Source: an uncultured Candidatus Micrarchaeota archaeon (GTDB lineage: Archaea; Micrarchaeota; Micrarchaeia; Anstonellales; Bilamarchaeaceae). From it: a stretch of 64,000 nucleotides of DNA. The stretch lies in the NCBI GenBank assembly GCA_963714085.1, contig OY970229.1, forward strand, positions 192,001 to 256,000. Reading direction: 5' to 3'. Below are positions 1 to 9,591 of the stretch, one piece after another (position 1 is the first letter of the stretch; every line of letters begins with the position of its first letter). The notes under the pieces are model-generated. The model ran no database searches and was not told the origin of the DNA. It worked only from the letters and a program-made list of their open reading frames with translations. Made by a program: the position numbers and the translations under genes.

Positions 1-462
1 TGAGCCCGAGAAGATGGGCAGCTTCTGCCCTCTGACCAGCGTGTTCATGCCGTCTATGGTCGATATTCCGGTCTGGATGAACTCCGCCGGGGTCTCACGC
101 GAATACGGATTGATGGGCAGTCCCGAGATGTCCACCCGCTCCTTGGGGATTATCTTCGGGCCCTTGTCCCTGGGCTCGCCGAGGCCGTTGAACGCGCGGC
201 CGAGCATGTCGGTGCTGAGCCCGAGCTGCATGGTCTCCCCGAGGAACCGCACCGTGGTCTGCGACGTGGATATCCCGGTGGTCGGACCGAACACCTGGAC
301 CACGGCGACCTTCTCGCCGACATCCAGCACCTGCCCCTTGCGGCGCTCGCCGTCGGGGAGGATTATCTCGACTATCTCGTTGTAGCCGACGCCCGTGACC
401 TTGTCCACGAAGACCAGCGGACCCGCTATCTCGCTTATCGTCTGGTATTCCTTCAGCATCAT
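1..462 (-). CDS. atpB: A/V-type ATP synthase subunit B (5' part; continues beyond the window start)
   Basis: Reverse strand reads [33 protein letters not shown]...[12 protein letters not shown], the AtpB N-terminus, directly after atpA. Not in the ORF track because it is truncated. Confidence 0.95.
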   Translation of the reverse strand, partial: MMLKEYQTISEIAGPLVFVDKVTGVGYNEIVEIILPDGERRKGQVLDVGEKVAVVQVFGPTTGISTSQTTVRFLGETMQLGLSTDMLGRAFNGLGEPRDKGPKIIPKERVDISGLPINPYSRETPAEFIQTGISTIDGMNTLVRGQKLPIFSGS

Positions 463-464
463 AA

Positions 465-2225
465 TCACCTTGTCTTGATGAGCTCCTCGAACTCGCTGTC
501 CATGTCCTTGTGCAGCTTGTCGAACTCCTCCATCTTCGTCTCGGGTATCTCCTTCATGCGCCCTATGCGCACGATGCACGGGAGGCCGGACACCTTCTTG
601 AGCTGTATGCCCAGGTCGAGCGCTCCCTTGGCCCTCTCGTGGAACTTGAGGATGGACTTGAGCATCACGTACTGCTTCTTCAATCCGGATTTCGCGTCCA
701 CGTCCGAGAACGCGTTCTGCTGGAGATAGTCCTCACGCAGCATCTTCGTCACCAGCAGTATCGCCTGCTCCTTCTCCGGTAAAGCGTCCGGCCCGACCAG
801 CTGGACCACTTCCTGCAGCTCGGCCTCCTTCTGCAGCAGCGCCATGGCGGTTTTGACCAGGCCCGGAAAATCCGATGAGACGTTCTCGACCAGGTACTCC
901 TCCAGCGTGTCGTTGTAGAGCGAGTAGCTTTTCAGCCAGTTGATGGCGGGGAAGTGCCTCCTGTACGCGAGCGGCGCGTCCAGGGCGAGGAACACCTTGG
1001 TCACACGCAGCGTGTTCTGCGACACTGGCTCGGATATGTCCCCTCCTGGCGGTGAAACCGCGCCGATTATCGTTACAGAGCCGTAGCGCTCGTCGGAACC
1101 CAAGGTCCTCACACGCCCGGCCCGCTCGTAGAACTCGGCCAGCCTCCTCGCCAGGTAAGCCGGATAGCCTTCCTCTCCAGGCATCTCCTCCAGCCTGCCC
1201 CCGATCTCACGCATGGCCTCTGCCCACCTCGATGTGGAGTCTGCCATGAGCGCGACGTCGTAGCCCATGTCCCTGTAGTATTCAGCAAGAGTTATTCCGG
1301 TGTAGATCGAAGCCTCACGCGCTGCAACAGGCATGTTGGACGTGTTCGCGATGAGCACGGTCCGTTCCATGAGCGGCTTGCCTGATTTCGGGTCTATCAG
1401 GTGCGGGAATTCCTTGAGCACCTCGGTCATCTCGTTGCCTCGTTCGCCGCAGCCGACATAGACGACTATCTGAGTGTCGGAATATTTGGCGAGCGCCTGC
1501 TGCGTGACGGTTTTCCCGCTCCCGAACGGCCCTGGTATGCAAGCAGTGCCTCCCTTGGCTATCGGGAAGAACGTGTCTATCACCCTCTGCCCGGTCACCA
1601 GCGGGATGATGGGCGGGAACTTCTCTATGCACGGCCTGGACTTCCTCACGAACCATTTCTGGTAGAGCATGATGGGCTTGGTCTTGGCCTCGAACTCGAT
1701 CGCTCCGACCGGATCGTCCACCGTGAAGCTGCCCGCGGATATCTCCTTTATCTTGCCCTCGTAGGCGGAGAGCACCCTGTGCTCTATGAGCTCGGTCTCC
1801 TGCACCGTGCCGAGTATGTCGCCGACCTTGACCTTGTCGCCCTTCTTCACTTTCGGCTTGAACTCCCATTTCACGGTGCGGTCGAGGGGAGAGACCTGTA
1901 TGCCCCTCTTGATGAACACGCCCTTGGAAGCCTCCTCTATGCGCTTGAGCGGCCTCTGGATCCCGTCGTAGATGCTTTTCAGCACGCCCGGGCCGAGCTC
2001 GACCGAGAGCGGCTCGCCCGTGGTCTCCACCGGCTCCCCGGGCTTGAGGCCCGAGGTGTCCTCGTAGACCTGGATGACCGAGGTGTCGCCCACTATCTTG
2101 ATTATCTCTCCCGTGAGCCGGGAATCGCCGACCTTCACCACGTCGTAGAGCCTGGCGCCTTCGACCATCGCCTCAACGACCGGTCCGGATATCCTCCGGA
2201 TATAGCCTCCCTTCTTGTTAGCCAT
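465..2225 (-). CDS. atpA: A/V-type ATP synthase subunit A
   Basis: Walker [28 protein letters not shown] and [13 protein letters not shown] motifs; 586 aa, no intein. Confidence 0.98.
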   Translation of the reverse strand: MANKKGGYIRRISGPVVEAMVEGARLYDVVKVGDSRLTGEIIKIVGDTSVIQVYEDTSGLKPGEPVETTGEPLSVELGPGVLKSIYDGIQRPLKRIEEASKGVFIKRGIQVSPLDRTVKWEFKPKVKKGDKVKVGDILGTVQETELIEHRVLSAYEGKIKEISAGSFTVDDPVGAIEFEAKTKPIMLYQKWFVRKSRPCIEKFPPIIPLVTGQRVIDTFFPIAKGGTACIPGPFGSGKTVTQQALAKYSDTQIVVYVGCGERGNEMTEVLKEFPHLIDPKSGKPLMERTVLIANTSNMPVAAREASIYTGITLAEYYRDMGYDVALMADSTSRWAEAMREIGGRLEEMPGEEGYPAYLARRLAEFYERAGRVRTLGSDERYGSVTIIGAVSPPGGDISEPVSQNTLRVTKVFLALDAPLAYRRHFPAINWLKSYSLYNDTLEEYLVENVSSDFPGLVKTAMALLQKEAELQEVVQLVGPDALPEKEQAILLVTKMLREDYLQQNAFSDVDAKSGLKKQYVMLKSILKFHERAKGALDLGIQLKKVSGLPCIVRIGRMKEIPETKMEEFDKLHKDMDSEFEELIKTR

Positions 2226-2244
2226 GTGTAATCACCGTCAAGCA

Positions 2245-2568
2245 TCATTTCTTCGCCGAGAGGTCGAAACCGAGCGCCCGCTTTATCAGGCTCCTTATCT
2301 CGTCGCCCTCAACGCTCGCGCCGGACACGTCAGGCATCGGTATCACGACCGGGTATGCCATGCTGTCCAGCTTCTTCCGCAGCCTCCAGTCTATGCCGTT
2401 GAACATCTGCTCGTTCACCACGAGTATACCGTACTCCGGCTTGGCGAGGACGTCCTCGAGCTCCTTCTGGAAACCGTCCCTGGTGGTCTGGACGCAGTCC
2501 TCGAGCCCCGCGAGCCGGAAGCCGGTCACGAGGGGCGCGTCCCCGATCACCATCATCTTGGCCTTCAT
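2245..2568 (-). CDS. atpF: A/V-type ATP synthase subunit F
   Basis: Start moved to ATG 2568, overlapping the atpC stop. MKAKMMVIGDAPLVTGFRLAG...IKRALGFDL is typical AtpF. Confidence 0.93.
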   Translation of the reverse strand: MKAKMMVIGDAPLVTGFRLAGLEDCVQTTRDGFQKELEDVLAKPEYGILVVNEQMFNGIDWRLRKKLDSMAYPVVIPMPDVSGASVEGDEIRSLIKRALGFDLSAKK

Positions 2569-3659
2569 GAGACAGTCACCAGCATCTCCTTTATCTCCCT
2601 CTCCGGGAGCCCGAACTCCTTGCCCTTGGCTATCTTCCGGAGGTTGTGCAGCTCCTCCTCCTTGAGCAGCAGTATGCACAGTATCGAGCCTATGGACAGT
2701 ATGGACCTGTGGAACGCCACGGACTTCTCCGCGGCCACCGCCTTCTCCAGCGCGATCTCGAGGTCCGGCAGTTTCACTTCGCCCTCTTTCAGCTCGAGCC
2801 TCCTGAACTTGGACTTGGCCAGCGACACCGCGGCCGAGAGGTCCTTCGCGTCGATCAGCGAGCGGATGAAGGCCGGGCTCAGGGTGCCGCCGTGTATGAT
2901 GTAGTTCTGTATCCTCTCAGGCTCGAAGCCGTAGGACTTGAGCCGCTCCACTATCAGTATGTTCTTCGCGTCTATCTCGCTCTCCAGCAGCCTTCTGACC
3001 AGGCGGATGTCCTTCCCGTGCACCTCGCTGAGCGCCTTGTGCATGAAAAGGTACGTGTACGCGTCCAGGATGGTGCCGAGCTGCACGAACATGTCCATGT
3101 TCTTGAGCGCGTTCCTGAAGGTGTCCCACATCTGCCTGGAGAAGTCCGCGGTCGAGAGCGCGAGCATCTCGGAGCCGACCGCGGTCCGCTTTATCTCGTT
3201 GAACAGCTGGTCCTTGTCCGCGCCCGCGATGCGCTCGAAATCCTCCTCCGTGAAGCCCCCGACCGGGAACAGGTACGGCCTTATCTCCTTGTAGGGCTTG
3301 TTCAGCCGCCTGCCGTTCACTATGGTCTTGAGGTTCATGATGTCCCATTTCCGGAGCAGCGCCTTCACGGCCGGCAGGTCGTCCTTGGGCGTGATGCGCC
3401 GGAGTTTGGCCACCATGCGCATGAAGTTCCTGCTGCCCGCGAACTCGACCAGGTGCGAGCCCGAATGGTCTATGGACACGGCGACCAGGTCGTCGCGGTA
3501 GACCGTGCGCTGGAGCAGCTCGACCATGGCGTCCACGGTCTGGACCTTTATCATCTCGTCCAGCGCCGCGCTTTTGAGCAGGTCTCCCTTCATGGCCTTG
3601 GCTCGCGCATTCGAGTACCCGTACTTGAGCGCCGCGCTCTCTATCTTCGGAATCTTCAT
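2565..3659 (-). CDS. atpC: A/V-type ATP synthase subunit C
   Basis: YGYSNARAKAM start, WDIMNLK, EIDAKN and KEEELHNLRKIAKG motifs; operon position. Confidence 0.93.
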   Translation of the reverse strand: MKIPKIESAALKYGYSNARAKAMKGDLLKSAALDEMIKVQTVDAMVELLQRTVYRDDLVAVSIDHSGSHLVEFAGSRNFMRMVAKLRRITPKDDLPAVKALLRKWDIMNLKTIVNGRRLNKPYKEIRPYLFPVGGFTEEDFERIAGADKDQLFNEIKRTAVGSEMLALSTADFSRQMWDTFRNALKNMDMFVQLGTILDAYTYLFMHKALSEVHGKDIRLVRRLLESEIDAKNILIVERLKSYGFEPERIQNYIIHGGTLSPAFIRSLIDAKDLSAAVSLAKSKFRRLELKEGEVKLPDLEIALEKAVAAEKSVAFHRSILSIGSILCILLLKEEELHNLRKIAKGKEFGLPEREIKEMLVTVS

Positions 3660-3662
3660 AGC

Positions 3663-4229
3663 TCAACCCTTGCTGAAAAGCATGTCGTGGACATCCTTCC
3701 TCAGGCCGTCCTTCTTGAGCTCGAAAAGCGTCTCGAGCCTCAGGTCGATCCTGACCGAGCGGTCCTGCGACTCCACTATCGCGCCGCCGAGCCCCTCGAG
3801 GTCGGCCACGACCTGGCAGCCGTGGAGCTTCCCGAGGATGGCGGAGTCGGATTTCGCGACGTGCACCGTGCCGCCGCCGAGCTCCTTGGCCGCCTCGGCG
3901 ACCGACTTCTCCAGGAACGACTTGTAGGACGCTCCTTTGCGCGCGTCCTTCAATGCGTCGAAGAAGCCCTCCAGGTTGTTGGTTATGGCATCCTCCCTGG
4001 CCTCGGCCATGATGCGCTTGGCCTCCAGCCTCGCCCAGGCCAGCCGCTCGTTGCGCTGCGCCTCGAGCCTGGCCTTCACCTCGGCCGACGCCTTCCCCTT
4101 GAGCTCGTCCTCCTTGGACTGCTCGTCTTTTAGCATCTGGTCCACGTGCGACTGCGCGGCCTTCACGATCTCGCTGGCACCCTGGTTCGCCTCGCCCACG
4201 AGGGAACCGGTCAGTTTCTCTATTCCCAT
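3663..4229 (-). CDS. atpE: A/V-type ATP synthase subunit E
   Basis: Coiled-coil N-terminal half and GLGGAIVESQDRSVRID motif; operon position. Confidence 0.9.
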   Translation of the reverse strand: MGIEKLTGSLVGEANQGASEIVKAAQSHVDQMLKDEQSKEDELKGKASAEVKARLEAQRNERLAWARLEAKRIMAEAREDAITNNLEGFFDALKDARKGASYKSFLEKSVAEAAKELGGGTVHVAKSDSAILGKLHGCQVVADLEGLGGAIVESQDRSVRIDLRLETLFELKKDGLRKDVHDMLFSKG

Positions 4230-4250
4230 TCACAAAACCCCGTTCGAGGT

Positions 4251-4517
4251 TTAGTGTCCGGCGACCGAGCCCGTCAGCATTATGGCTATGATGAACCCGA
4301 GGATGACCAGCACTTCGGGAAGCGCGATGTATATCAGGATGCTCTTCTCGAACTCCGGCCTCTCGGCCACCACGCCGAGCGCCGCCGCGCCCAGCGTCCC
4401 CTGGGACCATGCCGCCGCTATTGCGGATATCCCGATAGCCAATCCAGCGCCGAGCGCCGCGCCCGCGCCAGTCGTCAAACCACTTGCCGCACTTGCCACA
4501 GTTGTTGCATCTGCCAT
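4251..4517 (-). CDS. atpK: A/V-type ATP synthase proteolipid subunit K (c), single hairpin
   Basis: Two Gly/Ala-rich TM helices, AERPE loop, conserved Glu in IALPEV. Confidence 0.95.
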   Translation of the reverse strand: MADATTVASAASGLTTGAGAALGAGLAIGISAIAAAWSQGTLGAAALGVVAERPEFEKSILIYIALPEVLVILGFIIAIMLTGSVAGH

Positions 4518-4540
4518 TTCATTTCACCTCTCATATATTC

Positions 4541-6427
4541 TCATTTAGTGAGCGAGAACGGGGCGAACTCCTTGCCCCCTCCGTGCAGGAACTTCGAGCG
4601 GAACTCTATGATGTTGAGACGGCCCCCTTGTATCAAAGCCTCGAATATCGCGAGCACCATGTTCGCGAAATGCAGTATTATGAACAGCGGTATCGCGGCT
4701 ATCACGAAGAGCCCCATCGCCGGGCTGGGCGCGAAGTACTGGTTTATCAGCTCTGCCAATGCCACGCCCGCGACTCCGATGGCCGCGATCCTCGCGTAGG
4801 AGAGCACGTTGCCCACGAGCCCCGGGAGCTCCATCATGCCGGTGATGCCCTCCGTGAATGCGAGCGCGACTATCGCAATCCCCAATACGGCCAATCCTAC
4901 GGTCCCGTACACCGCGGGTATCAAAGCGAATCCCATCGCAGCGAGCGCGAGCACGCCGCCGACCTCGACGCCCATCCACGCGACCTTTGCCGCCGCGTGC
5001 TTCTTGTTATGATTCCACTCGCTGTACGCCCCGATGAGGAACGCCAGGAACAGGTGCACGAGCCCGATGCACGCAGTGATGGCCACGAGCAGCTCGATGT
5101 TCTCCATCCTGCCGAAGCCCTGCCATAATGCGTTCGCCGGAGCGGGCAGTCCCCAGGAGCGCAGCAGCGTGAAGACCTCGGACTGGTGGAAGCCGGCCCA
5201 TTCGTCGAATATCAGGCCGAAGAATATCGCCGAGAAGCCGCTGTAGAGCCATATCTTGGATACGTTGGACATCATGTAGCTCTTCTCGAACTTCTTGATG
5301 AGCCAGAGCGAGAAGAGCACGGTGGCGATGCCGTATATCACGTCGCCTATCATCATGCCCATTATCACCATGAGGCCGACCGCGTAGAATATGGTCGGGT
5401 CCAGCTCGTAGTAGTTGGGCAGTGAATAGTTCCTTGTGATGAACTCGAACGGGCCCATGGACTCCGGGTTGGCGAGCACGACCGGCGGCTGCTCCTCGTG
5501 GCCGAACTCCACCTCGGACATCGTCGCCTTGTCGCCGAACGTGGCGACAACGTCGGAGAGCTTCTGGACGTGGGATTCTAGCACCCAGCCCTCGAAAACC
5601 GCCATGGACCTGGAGAACCCGAAGCCGGACGCGACCTCGGCCCGGTCCGCCTCCACGCCCAATGAGTATATTATGTCCTGGACCTTGGCCAGATTCGCGT
5701 CGGATATCGATGCGAGCTCGGAACGTATGTCCTTCACCCTGGCCTGAGCGTCGGCGTATGCCTTCTCCAGCGCGGCCCTGGTCTGCGCCGGGGTCGTGGT
5801 GCCGGCGGGTATGTCGATGGGCTCGAACCCCGCGGCCGAAAGCACCTGAGCCGGGCTCTTGTCCGTCTTCTTATATAATAGCAATGCGGTCCTGCTGCGC
5901 GCCGGCTGGATGAGGTTGTACGTCTTGAGCTCCCCGTCCAGCACGCTCTTGAGGGACGGGAGCTTCTCGGCCTGCACGTCGCCCACAGCGTATGCGAGGG
6001 TCCTGGTCTCGAGCTTGGAGAAGTCTATTCCGGCGAACGGGGCTATCTTGTCCATGAGCGCCGTCTGCGCCTTGAGCCGGTTCATCTCCGACTCCTTGGC
6101 CGAAGCCTCGGCCACCAGGCCCTTGAGCTTGTCTTCTATGCCCATCTCGCGGGCGGCTTTCACGGCCTCCTCGGCTCCGAGCAGGCTCTTGCCGGCGTCC
6201 TGCTTCTTGGACGCGTATTTGCTGAGCATGGAGTTTATCGCGCGCATCCGCACGAGCTGCTCGGACACCACGCTGAAGAACTCGAGAGGCCTGCCCTCGT
6301 CCAGGCCGGTGAAGGCGCCCTTCTTTATCTCGACGATGCCCTCGTTGTGCAGAGCGGCGATTAGTTCTGGAAGGGCGGTCCTAAGTGCGAATACCCTGAC
6401 CTTTCGCATCTCCGCTGCCCTGAACAT
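4541..6427 (-). CDS. atpI: A/V-type ATP synthase subunit I (a)
   Basis: YSLPNYYELDPT, GDVIYG, LSYARIAA and RLNIIEFRSKF motifs; soluble N-terminus plus multi-TM C-terminus. Confidence 0.96.
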   Translation of the reverse strand: MFRAAEMRKVRVFALRTALPELIAALHNEGIVEIKKGAFTGLDEGRPLEFFSVVSEQLVRMRAINSMLSKYASKKQDAGKSLLGAEEAVKAAREMGIEDKLKGLVAEASAKESEMNRLKAQTALMDKIAPFAGIDFSKLETRTLAYAVGDVQAEKLPSLKSVLDGELKTYNLIQPARSRTALLLYKKTDKSPAQVLSAAGFEPIDIPAGTTTPAQTRAALEKAYADAQARVKDIRSELASISDANLAKVQDIIYSLGVEADRAEVASGFGFSRSMAVFEGWVLESHVQKLSDVVATFGDKATMSEVEFGHEEQPPVVLANPESMGPFEFITRNYSLPNYYELDPTIFYAVGLMVIMGMMIGDVIYGIATVLFSLWLIKKFEKSYMMSNVSKIWLYSGFSAIFFGLIFDEWAGFHQSEVFTLLRSWGLPAPANALWQGFGRMENIELLVAITACIGLVHLFLAFLIGAYSEWNHNKKHAAAKVAWMGVEVGGVLALAAMGFALIPAVYGTVGLAVLGIAIVALAFTEGITGMMELPGLVGNVLSYARIAAIGVAGVALAELINQYFAPSPAMGLFVIAAIPLFIILHFANMVLAIFEALIQGGRLNIIEFRSKFLHGGGKEFAPFSLTK

Positions 6428-6433
6428 CGCTGA

Positions 6434-6766
6434 TCACTCCGTGAGAAAACCCTTCACGAGCTTGTCTACGTCCTTGCCTGCCAGCTTCTCCTTCCTTATC
6501 TTGTCAGCATCGTGGCCGGCGTCCTTCACGATCTTCTGCACGTCCGCCTCGATGTCCTTGCTGCCCTTGTCCAGCAGGGAGTTCTTCATGGCCACGACCT
6601 TCTCCTCGGTCGCGGCCCTCTGCTTCTGGACGTCCTCCTTGGCTTTCCTGAGGATGTCGTCCGCGTTGACCTTCGCCGTGCGCAGGATCTCGTCCGATTC
6701 CTGCTCGGCCAGTTTTATCTCTTCGACCGTCTTCATAAAGTCTGAGTGTTCTGAAGCTTCAGTCAT
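6434..6766 (-). CDS. atpH: A/V-type ATP synthase subunit H/G (peripheral stalk)
   Basis: Charged helical protein (EEIKLAEQESDEILRTAK), first in the operon. Start moved to ATG 6766, about 27 nt from TTATAA at 6793. Confidence 0.8.
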   Translation of the reverse strand: MTEASEHSDFMKTVEEIKLAEQESDEILRTAKVNADDILRKAKEDVQKQRAATEEKVVAMKNSLLDKGSKDIEADVQKIVKDAGHDADKIRKEKLAGKDVDKLVKGFLTE

Positions 6767-6883
6767 GCTAACACCAAAAACAGTTGCTTTCATTATAAAA
6801 GAGAAATGTTTAAAAAGATGTGCCGCCCAAACTGAGTTCACGACTTAGGTTCACAGTATAAAATGCCTAGACAGCGTGATGAT

Positions 6884-7402
6884 ATGGGAGCGTACAAATA
6901 CATCCAGGAAACGTTGCAGAAGGAATACAAGGCCCGCGACTCCATGTACAGGGAGAAGGTCAGGTCGTGGAGGCACGGCCCGGTCATGGAGAAGGTCGAG
7001 CACCCGGCCAACATAACCCGCGCGAGGCGCCTGGGCTACAAGGCCAAGCAGGGCTACGCCGTGGTCCGCATAAGGATAGACAAGGGCAGGCGCAGGAGGC
7101 AGACGCCCATGGGAGGGAGGAAGCCGAGGCACAACTACGTCTACGTCCAGCCGCAGCTCTCGCACCAGGCCATAGCCGAGCAGCGTGTGAACCGCATCTA
7201 CAAGAACATGGAAGTGCTCAACTCCTACTGGATCGGCGAGGACGGGAACAACAAGTATTTCGAGGTCATCCTCGCGGACCCGTCCAGGAAGGGCGTGGAC
7301 CCCAAGGTCGTGGCCAGGAAGGGCAGGGCGTTCCGCGGGCTCACGAGCTCGGGAAGGAAGGCCCGCGGCCTCGGGCGCGGCAGGCAGAAGCACAGCAGCT
7401 GA
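6884..7402 (+). CDS. rpl15e: 50S ribosomal protein L15e
   Basis: MGAYKYI, ARRLGYKAKQG, EVLNSYWIGEDG and RAFRGLTSSG motifs. TATAAA at 6857 and a T-tract after the stop. Confidence 0.97.
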   Translation: MGAYKYIQETLQKEYKARDSMYREKVRSWRHGPVMEKVEHPANITRARRLGYKAKQGYAVVRIRIDKGRRRRQTPMGGRKPRHNYVYVQPQLSHQAIAEQRVNRIYKNMEVLNSYWIGEDGNNKYFEVILADPSRKGVDPKVVARKGRAFRGLTSSGRKARGLGRGRQKHSS

Positions 7403-7460
7403 TTTTCTTTTTTCTATTTATGTTAAAGATATACTAAACCATTAGCTTGAGGCTAGTAAG

Positions 7461-7766
7461 ATGGCGCTAGAGCTTTTCTTGATATGGTATTTCATAATCG
7501 GTTTTCTGCTGGCCAACGGCGTGCCACATTTCGTATTTGGTGCGGCAGGGAAGATATTCAGGAGCCCGTTCGGCCAAAAATCGCAACCCACGGTCAACGT
7601 ACTCTGGGGACTGTTCAACTTCGTGCTCGCAACGATAATCGCCATGGGGCTGGTGATGCTCAACCTGTACGATAGCTATGCGCTGCCGGCCATGCTGATC
7701 GGGTTCTGGCTCAGTGCGTTGATATTCGGGTTAGAAATCAAGAGATTCCTGAACGAGCCTAAATGA
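7461..7766 (+). CDS. Small integral membrane protein
   Basis: Three hydrophobic segments; NGVPHF...F.SPF...NVLWG pattern; lower GC than the core genes. Confidence 0.7.
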   Translation: MALELFLIWYFIIGFLLANGVPHFVFGAAGKIFRSPFGQKSQPTVNVLWGLFNFVLATIIAMGLVMLNLYDSYALPAMLIGFWLSALIFGLEIKRFLNEPK

Positions 7767-7920
7767 TAAAGTATAGAACATCCGGGCTTAAAAAAAAGTT
7801 CTTCAAACCCATGAGATGTCCAGCGGCGGGCAGAAGAGGAAATATGTTCCTTTTAAATAATCTTTTTCCTATATAAGATACTGTTTCTCACATACAGACG
7901 ATTCCAGGGGGTCGATACTC

Positions 7921-8697
7921 ATGAAATGCGCGATGGTCTCGCTGGTAGGCGACCAGAGCAGGGCGAACAGGGCCGCGTTCAGGAAGGAGAAGTTCGGCAA
8001 CGCCGTGCTGGTCAGCAGCATACTCGAGAGGACGAAGGGCAGCGACCTCGTGCTCTTCTCGGGCTGGACGCTCAAAAGCAAGGAGGAGCTGGAGGAGGTC
8101 GTCCGCAGGACCGCGGGCACGGCGCAGACATTCATACTCGAGGTCGGGTTCGGCCTGCGCGCGAAGGACGCGAGCGAGGGCTACTACGTGATAAGCCCTA
8201 GGAAGGACGGCCCCGAGGCATTGAAGCAGGAGTTCGCCTTCAGCAAGGACGTCAACGGCAAGCGAGACAGGATAAACTCCTATCTGGACAAGCTGGAGAA
8301 GGAGCGCTGCTTCGACATAAACGGCAGGAAGATGCGGCTCATAATCTGCGGCGAGAACAACGTGCTGAAGAACATCCAGTCGCAGGGGAATAAAGTAGTG
8401 TGCCGCGTGGACGACGAGGGCTCGCGCAGGAGGCTGGACGCGATACTCAGGGACACGGACGTGTTCCTCAACCCCTCGCACACGCCGCCCGGCAACCTCG
8501 GCAAGATGCACAGGCGCTGGGAGTTCCTGAGCCAGGACGGACGCGCGGCGCTGTTCGTCACGAACGAGAACCCGGGGCGGAGCAAGGACCTGGGCAAGCG
8601 CTCGCTCTCGTACGCGTTCCAGGACGGCGCGCAGAAGAAGGCCACGCACGAGATCGACGAGGCGGGCAACTACAGGATGACGTTCGTGGAGCTCTAG
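7921..8697 (+). CDS. Divergent carbon-nitrogen hydrolase (nitrilase-fold)-like protein
   Basis: DLVLFSG, LIICGEN and DVFLNPSH resemble the DLVVFPE, ICYD and DlivvPs motifs of the nitrilase superfamily; core-like codon usage. Confidence 0.5.
   Translation: MKCAMVSLVGDQSRANRAAFRKEKFGNAVLVSSILERTKGSDLVLFSGWTLKSKEELEEVVRRTAGTAQTFILEVGFGLRAKDASEGYYVISPRKDGPEALKQEFAFSKDVNGKRDRINSYLDKLEKERCFDINGRKMRLIICGENNVLKNIQSQGNKVVCRVDDEGSRRRLDAILRDTDVFLNPSHTPPGNLGKMHRRWEFLSQDGRAALFVTNENPGRSKDLGKRSLSYAFQDGAQKKATHEIDEAGNYRMTFVEL
8646..8693 (+). repeat. 48-bp direct repeat, copy 1 (3' end of the 7921-8697 gene)
   Basis: GCACGAGATCGACGAGGCGGGCAACTACAGGATGACGTTCGTGGAGCT; one mismatch to 9439-9486. Confidence 0.95.
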
Positions 8698-8731
8698 GAC
8701 GCCTTTGATGGCAGGCGTGCTCTCCGGATGA

Positions 8732-9097
8732 TCACTTTTTCCGGTAGCCGAACATTCTGTCATACGTCGGATGGTCTATGACGTAAAGGATGAACGCGAC
8801 AATCTCGATCTGGTTTCCATCGAGAGTATACAGCATCCTCCAATAGCCGGTCAGTTCAACGCGGAACAGGTTCGAGACATCCAAGGTTTTCGGAATCAGG
8901 TTATGGGCGACCTTATCCCCGAAAGTCGGATTGATCTTCAGGAGTTCTGACTTTTGTTTTATGGACTTCAATAGCTGGATCTCTTCCGAGTTTGTTATCC
9001 CCTTGGCCTGTTGCCCGCCAACGATCCGGTTAAGCTCTTCGAACTGCTCTTTGGCCTGGTCCAGCAGGATGACTTTGACGGGGCGCCTGTCGCTCAT
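8732..9097 (-). CDS. RelE/ParE-like type II toxin
   Basis: Start moved to ATG 9097, overlapping the upstream gene's stop. LLKINPTFGD...NLFRVELTGYWRMLY...VIDHPTYD fits a RelE-type pattern. Confidence 0.75.
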   Translation of the reverse strand: MSDRRPVKVILLDQAKEQFEELNRIVGGQQAKGITNSEEIQLLKSIKQKSELLKINPTFGDKVAHNLIPKTLDVSNLFRVELTGYWRMLYTLDGNQIEIVAFILYVIDHPTYDRMFGYRKK

Positions 9098-9363
9098 ATT
9101 TCCAACCCTCGTTGTTTGATTCTCTCGAGCTCTGCTGGAGGACGATAGATCCAAACGACGCCTTTGGTGGTGATGAGGACTTTGCCGCTTTCTTGGAGAT
9201 AATCCAGGACTTGCAGGAGCGTCGAGTGCATCACTTGCTTTGGGAGCCTCCGTTTCAGCTCTGAAACCTTGATTATCTCTTTTGCCTCTTGCAGCACTTT
9301 CTCCACCATCATCACGGTATTGAGTGTTGGCGAGTGCATTATCTGGATTTGTTCTCCTCTCAT
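9094..9363 (-). CDS. Winged-helix putative antitoxin
   Basis: HSPTLNTVMMVE...LKRRLPKQVMH...LDYLQESGKV...GVVWI; upstream of and overlapping the toxin; AT-rich TATA region at 9385-9400. Confidence 0.7.
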   Translation of the reverse strand: MRGEQIQIMHSPTLNTVMMVEKVLQEAKEIIKVSELKRRLPKQVMHSTLLQVLDYLQESGKVLITTKGVVWIYRPPAELERIKQRGLEI

Positions 9364-9438
9364 AATATATGTTTATACAATAAAGGTATATAAATATATC
9401 TATTTTGCATGGATTTAATTTAAACGATGCTTCGGGAT

Positions 9439-9486
9439 GCACGAGATCGACGAGGCGGGCAACTACAGGATGACATTCGTGGAGCT
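9439..9486 (+). repeat. 48-bp direct repeat, copy 2 (orphan gene tail HEIDEAGNYRMTFVEL-stop)
   Basis: Matches 8646-8693 with one synonymous change, followed by its own Leu codon completion and a TGA stop. Confidence 0.95.
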
Positions 9487-9591
9487 GTGAGGGCGCCGAG
9501 GCGCAGCGGCTGATTTTCCTTTTTCCCTACACTTCTTGGAGGGCTGGATGATCGCCGGGATATGGCCGTGCTTTCCTGCATCGGCAGGATT

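Noticed and set aside
465..2225. Intein in AtpA
   Set aside because: Normal length; the GKT-VTQ insertion site is uninterrupted.
2646..4410. Long alternative ORFs 2646-4133 (+) and 2917-4410 (-)
   Set aside because: Shadow frames of the high-GC3 ATP synthase genes; no recognisable protein features.
8732..9442. 236-aa extended toxin ORF as listed in the track
   Set aside because: The extension overlaps the antitoxin in another frame; ATG 9097 gives a typical RelE size with translational coupling.
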